From Clostridia bacterium (GTDB taxonomy: Bacteria > Bacillota > Clostridia > Christensenellales > DTU072): a stretch of DNA of 64,000 bases. Positions 1 to 9,392 of the stretch are shown piece after piece; position 1 is the stretch's first letter; every line of letters begins with the position of its first letter. The translations under genes were made by a program, and so were the position numbers. Location of the stretch: positions 5,002 to 69,001 of the forward strand of contig DAOSYK010000007.1 in assembly GCA_035381305.1 (NCBI GenBank), given 5' to 3'. The notes below the pieces were generated by a model, which was not told the DNA's origin, searched no databases, and saw only the letters and a list, made by a program, of their open reading frames with translations.

Positions 1-2
1 TT

Positions 3-3000
3 AAGACGATAAGCAAATTCGCGTTTGAAAACTGCTCCTCTCTTGACAACGTCGTCCTGCCCGACAGCGTGACTACGCTTGGACAATACGCGTTTGCCAA
101 CTGCACATCCCTCTCCGACATCGTCCTGGGCGCAAATCTCACTACGATAATGGATAACTGCTTTGAAAACTGCGTAAATCTCGTCAGTATATCCATTCCC
201 GCACGTGTCGCCGAGATAAACGCCTACGCTTTTGCGGGTTGCGAAAAACTATCCTTTGTCTACATCGATACGCCCACCGTGCCCGGTCTTAAGAAAAACG
301 GATTTGCCCGCACCCTGGACGGTATGCGTATACTCGTTCCGCAACGCCTGCTTGCAAATTACGTTTCGGCAGTAAACTGGAGAGACTACTCCGACAAGAT
401 GCTGCCCGTGGAGTACGTCTGCGACGTGGAAGGATATGAAAACTACATAATAGAGAGAATAAGCGGAAACTCCTACCGCCTTGTCGGCTACCTCGGAAAC
501 GAGAGCAATCTTACCATAGATTCGGTAATTTCTTCTGACATAATAATCACCGAAATCGGAAGTTATGCGATAAACCACTTCGCGACAAGCGTAACCCTCT
601 CCGAGGGCATCGTTAAACTCAACGACTACGCCTTCTACAACGCGAAGAGCCTTGTAGAAGTATTGCTCCCCTCTACCTTACAGGGTATCGGAAACTATGC
701 CTTTGCAGACGTTTCGACCCTCACCTCGGCAGTTGTAAACGACTATGTAAACGGCCAGTTTGTGACGCCTGTATTAAAGACAATCGGGAATTACGCGTTC
801 TATAACACATCCCTTACGTCAGTCGTCTTTCCACAAAAAGTGACAAGCATAGGAAATTACGCGTTCGGCTCGTCGGGAACAGGTTTGCTCAGCGAGATAA
901 CCTTCCTCATGACCGACCCGCAGAACCAGAGCGCGCCGTTTGACATGCTGAAGATCGGCTCCTACGCCTTTATCAACAACATCTATCTCACGAGCGTAAC
1001 CTTTAACTGCTTTGTGGAGAGCTTAGGCGCGGGCGCGTTCAACAATTGTACCTCATTAAGAAGCGTATACTTTAATTCGATAAGGGTTAACCCGACCGAC
1101 GGAAAGGCAACAAAGACAACCACCCAAACGGCGTTTGATTCTTGCGAAAACCTCTCGGTCTTTGTGCCGCGTTTGGAAACCCTCAACAGCTTCAAGCAGT
1201 CGTGGCAGAACGACAGAGACCAGGCAAGACTGCTCCTCTCGTCCAACGTGGTAAGGGACGTCAATAACTCGGTTATCTACGAATACGAGTCGGGTCACCG
1301 GGTAGCGGCAGACACCTATAACTACTTTGTTTTGGAAATCCCCACAGGCTCGACTTCTATAGCCTACATCAAAAATTACATAGGCGAATACACGGGAAGA
1401 TACGTCGACCCCGACCACGCGCAGACGGGCGACCCCAAGGACACCGACATAGTGATACCTGCAAGGGTAATAATCGGAAGCAACACCTACACCATAACGC
1501 AGATATCGGCATACGCGTTCAACAACAAGATAACGAGCGTGGTAATTCCCAACACCGTAACGGTAATAAGCGGATATGCGTTTTATAACGCGACGAGCCT
1601 GCGTTCGGTCACCTTCTCCGATAACAGCACACTCGAGAGCATAAACACCTCGGCGTTTGCCAACTGCACTTCATTAGTCAGCTTCCGCGTGCCCAAGTCG
1701 GTCACCCAGATAGGCGATTATGCCTTTGCAAACTGCACATCGCTCAACAACCTGAGTTTTGAGGAGTTCGGCCAGTCCGATATAAGGAGCAACCTCTATG
1801 TCGGAAACTACGTCTTTGACAACTGCACCGCGCTGACCACCGTCACCATATCGAAACATACTCTCGAACTGGGCGTGGGCGTATTCAGAAACGCAAGTAA
1901 ACTTGCAAGCGTACTCTTTGACACCGACGCGAGCGAGCTTAAGACCATAAGGGAATACGCTTTCCAAAGGACGGCGCTTACCACGATAACCTTCCCGAAA
2001 TCCCTCGAGGGTGTGGGCGACTATGCGTTTGATACCTGCCTCAACCTCAATTCCGTGTACATCACGAAATCGGTCGGGCAGCCCACCAACACCAACAACA
2101 ACGTGTTCAACAACATCCCCAACCCGTTTATACGCGTATACGTGCCGCAGCAGAGCTACGACGTGTACAGACCGCTTGCGGGCTGGAGAAGCCGCTCCAT
2201 TCTCGCCGATCAGAAGGACGACACAAACACCTTCAACTATATCCTCTCGGGCGCGGTGGGCAATGAGACGGCGACTATAACCAACTACCTCGGCACGTCG
2301 ACCACCCTTACCATACCGTCCGAATTGAGAATAAACGGTGTATCCTACCGCGTTACGGCAATAAATCAATACGCGGGCAACACAAAGATAACCAAGGTGG
2401 AGTTTACGGGCACGTCGTACCTGAGCACCTTGTCGTCTTACGCCTTTGCTAACTGCACATCACTTCGCGAAATCCACCTGCCCGACACCATTACGGTAAT
2501 GGGCGAATACGCCTTCTCGGGTTGTACTTCACTTACCGATATCACACTTCCGAGAGGTATTTCGACGATAGCAAACCGCACCTTCTACAACTGCACATCG
2601 CTTAAAGAGATTACACTCCCCTCCAACGTGACGCAGATAGGCGAAGCGGCGTTTGCAATGTGCACGAGATTAAACCGCGTAATAGTGGAGATGTCGGGCT
2701 CATCGGTGTCGACGCTCGGCACGGGCGCGTTTGCGGGAGTAGGCAGCCACCTGATAATTGTCGTACCCACTGAGTCCAAGACGAACTTCCTTAACGAGTG
2801 GTACGAATATGAAGACGTAATCTACGCACGCAACGAAATGTACGGCGACTATATCATAAAAGAGTATGCCGATTCGGTGGCGATAGTGCAATACAACGGC
2901 TATACCGACAACATTAACTACAACGAAATAACAATCAAAGGCAAGAGGGTCGACGAAGTGTATGAAGACGCCTATGTCGACGAGTCGCTTACCTATATAT

Positions 3001-3011
3001 TCGATCGGTAA
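3..3011 (+). CDS. BspA-type leucine-rich-repeat surface protein, 5' end cut by the window edge
   Basis: The frame is open from base 3 (KTISKFAFENCSSLDNVVLP precedes the first Met at 69). The LRR_5/BspA-like signature IGxxAFxxCxxLxx(I/V)x(I/L)P recurs more than 20 times (YAFANCTSL, YAFYNATSL, GAFNNCTSL). TAA stop at 3009-3011. Confidence 0.85.
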   Translation, partial: KTISKFAFENCSSLDNVVLPDSVTTLGQYAFANCTSLSDIVLGANLTTIMDNCFENCVNLVSISIPARVAEINAYAFAGCEKLSFVYIDTPTVPGLKKNGFARTLDGMRILVPQRLLANYVSAVNWRDYSDKMLPVEYVCDVEGYENYIIERISGNSYRLVGYLGNESNLTIDSVISSDIIITEIGSYAINHFATSVTLSEGIVKLNDYAFYNAKSLVEVLLPSTLQGIGNYAFADVSTLTSAVVNDYVNGQFVTPVLKTIGNYAFYNTSLTSVVFPQKVTSIGNYAFGSSGTGLLSEITFLMTDPQNQSAPFDMLKIGSYAFINNIYLTSVTFNCFVESLGAGAFNNCTSLRSVYFNSIRVNPTDGKATKTTTQTAFDSCENLSVFVPRLETLNSFKQSWQNDRDQARLLLSSNVVRDVNNSVIYEYESGHRVAADTYNYFVLEIPTGSTSIAYIKNYIGEYTGRYVDPDHAQTGDPKDTDIVIPARVIIGSNTYTITQISAYAFNNKITSVVIPNTVTVISGYAFYNATSLRSVTFSDNSTLESINTSAFANCTSLVSFRVPKSVTQIGDYAFANCTSLNNLSFEEFGQSDIRSNLYVGNYVFDNCTALTTVTISKHTLELGVGVFRNASKLASVLFDTDASELKTIREYAFQRTALTTITFPKSLEGVGDYAFDTCLNLNSVYITKSVGQPTNTNNNVFNNIPNPFIRVYVPQQSYDVYRPLAGWRSRSILADQKDDTNTFNYILSGAVGNETATITNYLGTSTTLTIPSELRINGVSYRVTAINQYAGNTKITKVEFTGTSYLSTLSSYAFANCTSLREIHLPDTITVMGEYAFSGCTSLTDITLPRGISTIANRTFYNCTSLKEITLPSNVTQIGEAAFAMCTRLNRVIVEMSGSSVSTLGTGAFAGVGSHLIIVVPTESKTNFLNEWYEYEDVIYARNEMYGDYIIKEYADSVAIVQYNGYTDNINYNEITIKGKRVDEVYEDAYVDESLTYIFDR

Positions 3012-3021
3012 GGAGAACACA

Positions 3022-3564
3022 ATGAGGTATTTTACTGTAGACATCTGCGGAAGAAAAGTTGACTTGCCCATACTTAACATCGGCGAAAACCTCAATATCG
3101 CGTTTTTTAACCTGCACGGCGCTCAGGAACTTACCGAGTACTGCGCAAAACACCTTGCTCCGTTGGTTTCGGGGTGCGACGTCGTTTTGACGGCGGAAAG
3201 CAAGGGGCTTCAGCTCGCGCACTGCGTGGCAAGGGAGTTGGGCCAGCCCAATTACGCCGTCGCCCGCAAATCCAAAAAGCTCTATATGCAGGACGGGATC
3301 GCCGCCACGGTAAAGTCAATAACCACCCAAAACGAGCAGACGCTGTATCTTAGTTACGCCGATGTAAAACTTCTTCAAGGCAAAAAGGTCGCCATAATCG
3401 ACGACGTAATATCGACCGGCGGAAGCTTGTTGGGACTGGAAAAACTTGTGGAGATGTCGGGCGGAACTATATTTAAAAAGGCCTTTGTGCTCGCCGAGGG
3501 CGAAGCCAAAGACCGCGGCGATATCGTCTACCTTGCGACAATTCCGCTGATAAAAAATGACTGA
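3022..3564 (+). CDS. phosphoribosyltransferase family protein (purine/adenine PRT-like)
   Basis: PRPP-binding motif VAIIDDVISTGGSL. ATG at 3022 lies 6 nt after AAGGAG (3010-3015). The ORF-track start at 2962 lies inside the upstream LRR gene. Confidence 0.75.
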   Translation: MRYFTVDICGRKVDLPILNIGENLNIAFFNLHGAQELTEYCAKHLAPLVSGCDVVLTAESKGLQLAHCVARELGQPNYAVARKSKKLYMQDGIAATVKSITTQNEQTLYLSYADVKLLQGKKVAIIDDVISTGGSLLGLEKLVEMSGGTIFKKAFVLAEGEAKDRGDIVYLATIPLIKND

Positions 3565-4390
3565 ACGCCTGATAAAGCTCTATAAAGAGTGCTTTCCCGA
3601 AGACAACGACGCGATAGTCAGAATAATGTTCGAAAAATCGCTCGGTAAAAAGAATGCCCTCATCGAATACGACGGGGAGAAAATCGCCGCGGCGATGTAC
3701 CTTGTGGATAAAGTTCTGTACCTTTATGGCAAAACCTATCCCCTGCCCTATATTGTGGCGCTCGGGACGGCGGTGGACTACAGGTATACCGGATACGCCG
3801 AAAAGCTGCTGAATAAGAGCTTAAACGGGCTTTTTGACAAAGGAATACCCTTTGTGGGGCTGTACCCCTTCAAGCACTCCTTTTACGAAAGATACGGCTT
3901 TTTTACGCCCTCTTACGACTATGAAATCGAGGGAGAAAAAGCAGAATGCGACTCGTCGCGCGCCAAAGCTCTTTATGAGGAGTTCTGCCGTCCGATTGAC
4001 TGCTACATCGTAAGGGACGAAGGGTACTTTGACTTCCTCGAGGAAATCGGAAACGCCGAAAATACCCCTTTTTACGAAATAGTGAAGGATGGAAAGACCG
4101 TTGGATACGGGCATATCGACGACTGTATCCCTGTGCGTTTTTATAAGGGTACCGAGAAGGGCGCGATGCTTAGAATAGTCGATGCAAAACGCGCGCTGGA
4201 AGCTGCCCGAGCGACCATAGACAAGCGCATAAAGATAACCGACCCGATGATTGCCAAAAACAATTTCTGCTGTAAAGCCGTTGACGGACGGGTGGAAATT
4301 ACCGACGGGTATGATGAAGAGGTCGACGTCAAAGCTTTGGGCGAAATGCTCTTTGAAAAAATGCAAGTCTACCTTGCAGACAGGTATTGA
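3557..4390 (+). CDS. GNAT-family N-acetyltransferase (Eis-like architecture)
   Basis: 277-aa ORF overlapping the upstream stop by 8 nt. Motifs GYAEKLL and GLYPFKHSFYERYGF resemble the acetyl-CoA-binding core of Eis-type GNATs. Family call is from motif memory only. Confidence 0.6.
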   Translation: MTERLIKLYKECFPEDNDAIVRIMFEKSLGKKNALIEYDGEKIAAAMYLVDKVLYLYGKTYPLPYIVALGTAVDYRYTGYAEKLLNKSLNGLFDKGIPFVGLYPFKHSFYERYGFFTPSYDYEIEGEKAECDSSRAKALYEEFCRPIDCYIVRDEGYFDFLEEIGNAENTPFYEIVKDGKTVGYGHIDDCIPVRFYKGTEKGAMLRIVDAKRALEAARATIDKRIKITDPMIAKNNFCCKAVDGRVEITDGYDEEVDVKALGEMLFEKMQVYLADRY

Positions 4391-4448
4391 AACGCCATTT
4401 CTTAATACTGTTTTAAGAAGGCGGCGCTACTATTTATAAAAGGACAAT

Positions 4449-5219
4449 ATGATAAAAATCACTTCTTTGGGAAGCGGCTCCAAAGGGAACTGCGTGCTGA
4501 TAAGCAACGGGACAAACAGGCTTCTTATCGATGCCGGCTTAAGCATCAGCGCAATATATAAAAAGCTTAAAAACGTCGGGCTTACCTTAAACGATATCGA
4601 CGGAATACTCCTCACTCACGAGCACGACGACCACATAAAATCGGTTGAGGCGTTAAGCGCCTATATTCCCGTATATTCCCACCCCGCCACCTTGGAATAT
4701 GTCGCCGATAAGTACGCGATACCCTTAAAACAGCAGATGGAAGTCGAAGAACAGTACTTTAACATCGGCACCTTTGACATTCTGCCCTTCCGCACCAGTC
4801 ACGACGCGCTACACCCCTACGGCTTCGTAATAAACGACAGCGACTCCAAGCTTTCTTACATTACCGACACCGGTTATATCTCCAAGGGCATAATGGAAGC
4901 GGTAAAAGGGAGCGATATAGTCATGATAGAGAGTAACCACGATGAAGAACTTCTGCTTTTGGGCGTATATCCCGACTTTTTGAAGAGACGCATAATGTCG
5001 GAACGGGGACACTTAAGCAACGCCGAATGCGCGCTGACAATTTCCACTTTAATGGAGTGCGGCGCGACAAAATTCATGCTGGCGCACCTGAGCGAAAACA
5101 ACAATCTGCCCGAACTTGCCTATTGGACTACGACCAATTACCTCGCGAGAAAAGGGATAGACTGCCGCGATTACACGCTGAGAATTGCCAATCAAAAAGA
5201 GACGGTGTTTTTGGAATAA
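4449..5219 (+). CDS. MBL-fold metallo-hydrolase (YycJ-like)
   Basis: HxHxDH motif (LTHEHDDHI), an N-terminal GSGSKGNC strand and a late HLS motif. AAAGGA RBS before the ATG. Confidence 0.85.
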   Translation: MIKITSLGSGSKGNCVLISNGTNRLLIDAGLSISAIYKKLKNVGLTLNDIDGILLTHEHDDHIKSVEALSAYIPVYSHPATLEYVADKYAIPLKQQMEVEEQYFNIGTFDILPFRTSHDALHPYGFVINDSDSKLSYITDTGYISKGIMEAVKGSDIVMIESNHDEELLLLGVYPDFLKRRIMSERGHLSNAECALTISTLMECGATKFMLAHLSENNNLPELAYWTTTNYLARKGIDCRDYTLRIANQKETVFLE

Positions 5220-6092
5220 ATGAAAAAAAGGCTTCTGTCGCAGAAAGATGCGGTGCTGATATACACTTTGGGCTTTGTGATAATGCTGGTGACCAACATT
5301 ATCGCCGTTAGCGTCATCCCAAAAGAGTCCGATCTCTATATCTACGCAAGCTACTTTCTGCCCCAGATTTCCTACCTTATCGCAATTATCGTCTACCCCA
5401 AAACTGCAAATGTGGAATATCAATTAAACCTCAAGGAAAACGCGCGAAAAAACAAGTACAGGTATTTGCTTGCTTTACTCTTCGGAGCGGGATTGTTTTT
5501 CTGTGCGTTGCTTCTCAATTACCTGCAGCAAAAATTCTTCCGCGCGGTAGGTTATAACGGCGGAGTGACGGTGCCCGCATTGAACGGACCCTTCGACTAT
5601 GTCTTGTCGGCGTTTATTGTCTGCCTTATTCCGTCCGTAACCGAAGAACTAATGTTCCGCAAGACCTTTGCCGACGGAATGAGCCGTATCGGAGAGATTA
5701 ACGCCTGCCTTTTAGCGGCAGCGGTCTTCTCCCTCGCCCACTTTAATCCCGTGCAGACGATATACCAGTTTATCCTCGGCTTTATCCTTGCATTTCTCTA
5801 CATTAAGACCGGGGATATTGTCATCACGATAATAATTCACATCGCAAACAACGCCCTTGCCTTCTTCCTCGAATCGCTCACCGACAGCGCACTGTGGGCT
5901 CAGCCCAAGAACCTTCTTCTCGCGTTCGGCGTAGGGCTACCGATCGCGGCGGCGAGCTTTTATCTCATATTAAAAGGAAGCGGCAAGGTAAATAATAAGA
6001 GAGAGGAAAAAATAAGCCCGTATATATTTATCCTTATCGGGGCACTACTCGTAATCTGGATAGCGAACTTGTTTTTACAGGAGAAAATATGA
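5220..6092 (+). CDS. CPBP-family intramembrane glutamic endopeptidase (CAAX protease-like)
   Basis: Polytopic membrane protein with the three CPBP motifs: EELMFR, FSLAHFN, HIANN. Confidence 0.8.
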   Translation: MKKRLLSQKDAVLIYTLGFVIMLVTNIIAVSVIPKESDLYIYASYFLPQISYLIAIIVYPKTANVEYQLNLKENARKNKYRYLLALLFGAGLFFCALLLNYLQQKFFRAVGYNGGVTVPALNGPFDYVLSAFIVCLIPSVTEELMFRKTFADGMSRIGEINACLLAAAVFSLAHFNPVQTIYQFILGFILAFLYIKTGDIVITIIIHIANNALAFFLESLTDSALWAQPKNLLLAFGVGLPIAAASFYLILKGSGKVNNKREEKISPYIFILIGALLVIWIANLFLQEKI

Positions 6093-7111
6093 CGAAAACC
6101 TTTAAAGTGAGCATAATATTCTTTCTGAGCACCTTGTTTTTGGTGCTCATGAGAATAGCTTTCAGCTTTTCTTCCCTTTCCGACAACATAAGCGGCTGGC
6201 TCTTCAGCTTTCTCGTTCAATGCATCGGAATGGGAGTCATTCCCCTCGTATTGTACAAGTTTTGGGTAAAGGACGACATAAAGACAGGTCTTTATATAAA
6301 GACCAGACTCCCCGCGAAGATTTATCTTCTCTCCATTGTCGCGGGCTTTTTGTTCCGCTATATTACCGTGGGATTTTCAATAGTGTTTCAAGCGATATTA
6401 AGGCTCCTTGGGTATACCCACGTAAACAGCGCGGGCACAATTTATTCGGGCGTTGAAGTGCTGATATTAGAAATTATCACTACAGCCGTGTTTCCCGCCA
6501 TATTCGAGGAAATCACCGACCGCGGAGTCACCATGCGCCTATTAGACAATGCGGGCGACGACAAGACCAAAATCATCATCATGGCGATGCTCTTCGGGCT
6601 TGCCCATCAGAACATCGTCCAGACGGGCTACACTTTTGTGGGCGGATTGGTGCTTGCCTACCTTGCCGTAAAGACAAAGAGCATAATCCCCGGCATGATA
6701 ATCCACTTTATGAACAACTTCTTCAGCGTCCTGAGCGGATACTCCGAACAACGCGGCGGGATTATCGCCTACTATGAAGACCGGTTTTTCGACTTTGTCG
6801 GCGAACACTTCTTTGTCGCGTTTGTAACCTTTATCGGGTGCGCGGTCGCGCTCATACTGCTCTTACGGTACGTCAAGGACACTATGAAAGCGGTAAACGC
6901 CCGCGAAGAGAACGCTCAGCCCGAGGACTTCTACAACTATACGCCCAGCGGTACCAGCATGGACAGGCTGGACGACCTCTTCGGCTTCTCCACACCCAAA
7001 AACGCGGTAAAACTCCGCTCCAAGTGGTATGAGTACGCATTTTTATACGGCGCGGCGGCCTTGGCTTTGGCTACTACCGTCTTTACCTTTCTGTGGGGAC
7101 TGTGGAGATGA
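6089..7111 (+). CDS. CPBP-family intramembrane glutamic endopeptidase, second tandem copy
   Basis: Motifs FEEITDRG, FGLAHQN, HFMNN. ATGA start/stop overlap with the upstream CPBP gene. Confidence 0.8.
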   Translation: MTKTFKVSIIFFLSTLFLVLMRIAFSFSSLSDNISGWLFSFLVQCIGMGVIPLVLYKFWVKDDIKTGLYIKTRLPAKIYLLSIVAGFLFRYITVGFSIVFQAILRLLGYTHVNSAGTIYSGVEVLILEIITTAVFPAIFEEITDRGVTMRLLDNAGDDKTKIIIMAMLFGLAHQNIVQTGYTFVGGLVLAYLAVKTKSIIPGMIIHFMNNFFSVLSGYSEQRGGIIAYYEDRFFDFVGEHFFVAFVTFIGCAVALILLLRYVKDTMKAVNAREENAQPEDFYNYTPSGTSMDRLDDLFGFSTPKNAVKLRSKWYEYAFLYGAAALALATTVFTFLWGLWR

Positions 7112-7545
7112 AAATAAACGTCATCGCTGTCGGCAAACTAAAGGAAAAATACTGGACGGACGCGATTGCCGAATATAAAAAACGTATTTCGCGCTATGCC
7201 GATTTTGAAATAATTGAACTTGCCCAGGGACGAAACCTCGAGGAAGAGGGAAAGGAAATACTGAAAAAACTCTCGGGATACGTCATCGTTACCGACATCG
7301 GGGGAAAGATGCTGACAAGCGAGGAGTATGCAAAGATTTTCGCCGACAAATTGACAAACGGAATAAGCGAGTTTTGCATAGTTATCGGTAGCAGCGAGGG
7401 GCTTTGCGACAAGGTAAAGGAAAGAGCCGACCTCAAAATGAGCTTCGGCAAAGTCACCTACCCTCACCAGCTTATGCGGGTCATCATCGCCGAACAGACT
7501 TACCGCGCCATGGCGATTAACAACAACATTACATACCATAAATAG
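7108..7545 (+). CDS. rlmH: 23S rRNA (pseudouridine1915-N3)-methyltransferase RlmH
   Basis: MKINVIAVGKLKEKYW...EYKKRI...IGSSEG...HQLMRVIIAEQTYRA is the SPOUT RlmH pattern. ATG at 7108 is chosen over the GTG at 7093. Confidence 0.85.
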   Translation: MKINVIAVGKLKEKYWTDAIAEYKKRISRYADFEIIELAQGRNLEEEGKEILKKLSGYVIVTDIGGKMLTSEEYAKIFADKLTNGISEFCIVIGSSEGLCDKVKERADLKMSFGKVTYPHQLMRVIIAEQTYRAMAINNNITYHK

Positions 7546-7572
7546 TTTTTCGCAGGTATAATTGCCGTCAAG

Positions 7573-8421
7573 GTGAATAGTATTATACCTATGAAATACG
7601 AGAACCTTATAGAAACAGTAATTAAACTTGGAAAAGCGACTTTCCCCGCCACCAGTCCGCTGGGGTATAAAATCCCCATGGTAAGGATCGGGTGCGGTAA
7701 GCCCAAAGTTCTTATCGTCGCAAGCGTGCACGCAAGAGAGCACATAACGACTACGCTTCTTAATGAGCTCCTTGCCCGATACGACGGCAAAACGGCGATA
7801 GACTATATCCCCGTCCTCAATATCGACGGGGTGCTCCTTGCGACAAACGGCTCGTCGATAGTGAAAGACGAAAAACTAAGGTTACGCCTTCTTGAGTATA
7901 ACGGCGGCAGCGAGGATTTCAGTTTGTGGAAGGCAAACATTCTCGGAGTGGATATTAACGTCAACTTCGACGCCGACTGGGGGGAAGGCGAGCAGAACGT
8001 CACCGCTCCCGGACCCGAAAACTACATCGGAATCGCGCCCAACAGCGAGACCGAAACCCGCCTCATAGTGGAAACTCTCAAAAACGACTATCCCGTCGTG
8101 GCGGCGTACCACTCCAAAGGGGAAGTGATTTATTGGGGGTATGAACACAACTTCCGCCACTACCATTACGCCAAGAAATTCGCCGATTTTCTGGGGTATG
8201 AGCTTACCCGAAGCGAAGGCTCGGCGGGCGGACTTAAGGACTATTATGCGTTAAACTACCGGGGCTTGGGCATAACGGTGGAAGTAGGTGAAGACCGGTT
8301 TTCCCACCCGTATCCCGAAAGCGAACTGCCAAACTTATTGAAAAAACATACAGGCAGCATTGAGTTGCTGTGCAAGATGGGTGAAGAAATTGCAAAATTA
8401 CATGGAGAAGGCGATAGGTGA
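7573..8421 (+). CDS. M14-family zinc carboxypeptidase (gamma-D-glutamyl-meso-DAP peptidase-like)
   Basis: HxxE zinc motif in VHAREHITT. Size and layout fit M14 peptidases. Start is uncertain (GTG 7573 or ATG 7591). Confidence 0.7.
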   Translation: MNSIIPMKYENLIETVIKLGKATFPATSPLGYKIPMVRIGCGKPKVLIVASVHAREHITTTLLNELLARYDGKTAIDYIPVLNIDGVLLATNGSSIVKDEKLRLRLLEYNGGSEDFSLWKANILGVDINVNFDADWGEGEQNVTAPGPENYIGIAPNSETETRLIVETLKNDYPVVAAYHSKGEVIYWGYEHNFRHYHYAKKFADFLGYELTRSEGSAGGLKDYYALNYRGLGITVEVGEDRFSHPYPESELPNLLKKHTGSIELLCKMGEEIAKLHGEGDR

Positions 8422-8845
8422 AGCAAAAAAGGCATTCGACGAGGGCGAAATCCCTATCGGATGTGTAATTGTGCATGAAGAAAAAGTAATCGCCGCCGCC
8501 CACAACACAAAGCAGAACAAGAACAATTCCCTCCACCATGCCGAAATGCTGGCGATGGACTCGGCGATGGAAGTTCTTAATACAAAGTACCTCAACGAAT
8601 GCACCATGTACCTTACCATTGAGCCGTGCGCGATGTGCGCGGGCGCCATGGTAAACTGCAGATTAAAAAAGCTTGTTTTCGGAGCGAGAGAGCCGAAAAC
8701 GGGCTGCGCGGGAAGCAACTACAATCTTCTTAACGATACGCGTTTTAACCACCGCGTGGAGATTGAGGAAGGCGTAATGGAAGAGGAATGCGCGCAGCTG
8801 ATGAAGGAATTTTTCAGACTTAGGAGAAACAAATGCTTATCGTAG
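8402..8845 (+). CDS. tadA: tRNA adenosine(34) deaminase TadA
   Basis: CDA zinc motifs HAEMLA and EPCAMCAGA. ATG at 8402 (MEKAIGEAKKAF) is chosen because the longer ORF overlaps the M14 gene. Confidence 0.85.
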   Translation: MEKAIGEAKKAFDEGEIPIGCVIVHEEKVIAAAHNTKQNKNNSLHHAEMLAMDSAMEVLNTKYLNECTMYLTIEPCAMCAGAMVNCRLKKLVFGAREPKTGCAGSNYNLLNDTRFNHRVEIEEGVMEEECAQLMKEFFRLRRNKCLS

Positions 8846-9390
8846 GCTTGGGCAATCCCACACAGGAATATGAAAACACCTTTCACAATATGGGGTTTAT
8901 GACCGTTGACGCGCTGGCAAGGAGGCTTAACAAGAAGCTGACAAAGCGCGAGTGTCAGGCCGTGACCGTCGTAAAGGAAGTAAACGGCGAAAAAGTCATC
9001 CTCGCAAAACCCCATACATATATGAACCTGTCGGGAATGGCGGTAAAAGCTCTCATGGCCAAGTACGGGCAGACCGCCGACGACCTTGTCGTAATATACG
9101 ACGACGTCGACATCCCGCGCTTTACGGTAAGGTCGAGAGCGAGCGGCAATCCCGGCACCCACAACGGTATGAAAAACATCGTCGCAACTATCGGCACGAG
9201 TATGTTCAAACGCGTCAGAATCGGCATAGGAAAGCCGGAGGGCGACCTCGCGTCATACGTCCTTTCCAGGATACCCGAAGACGACAGAAAGACGTTTGAC
9301 GAGGTTTTTGATAAGGTCGGAGCCTTACTTGAAGACTATGTCAAAGACGGCGACTTTGAAAAACTCATGAGAGAAACAAACGTAATATAA
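8833..9390 (+). CDS. pth: peptidyl-tRNA hydrolase
   Basis: MLIVGLGNPTQEYENTFHNMGF and GTHNGMKNI are Pth signatures. It sits in the conserved position immediately before mfd. Confidence 0.9.
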   Translation: MLIVGLGNPTQEYENTFHNMGFMTVDALARRLNKKLTKRECQAVTVVKEVNGEKVILAKPHTYMNLSGMAVKALMAKYGQTADDLVVIYDDVDIPRFTVRSRASGNPGTHNGMKNIVATIGTSMFKRVRIGIGKPEGDLASYVLSRIPEDDRKTFDEVFDKVGALLEDYVKDGDFEKLMRETNVI

Positions 9391-9392
9391 TA

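Noticed and set aside
8952-9299. Arg-rich alternative-frame ORFs (for example 8952-9299 inside pth, 50483-50758 and 60020-60205 inside giant gene B, 32093-32314).
   Set aside because: They are off-frame translations of genuine genes. They have low-complexity R/Q/H-rich composition and no start context.
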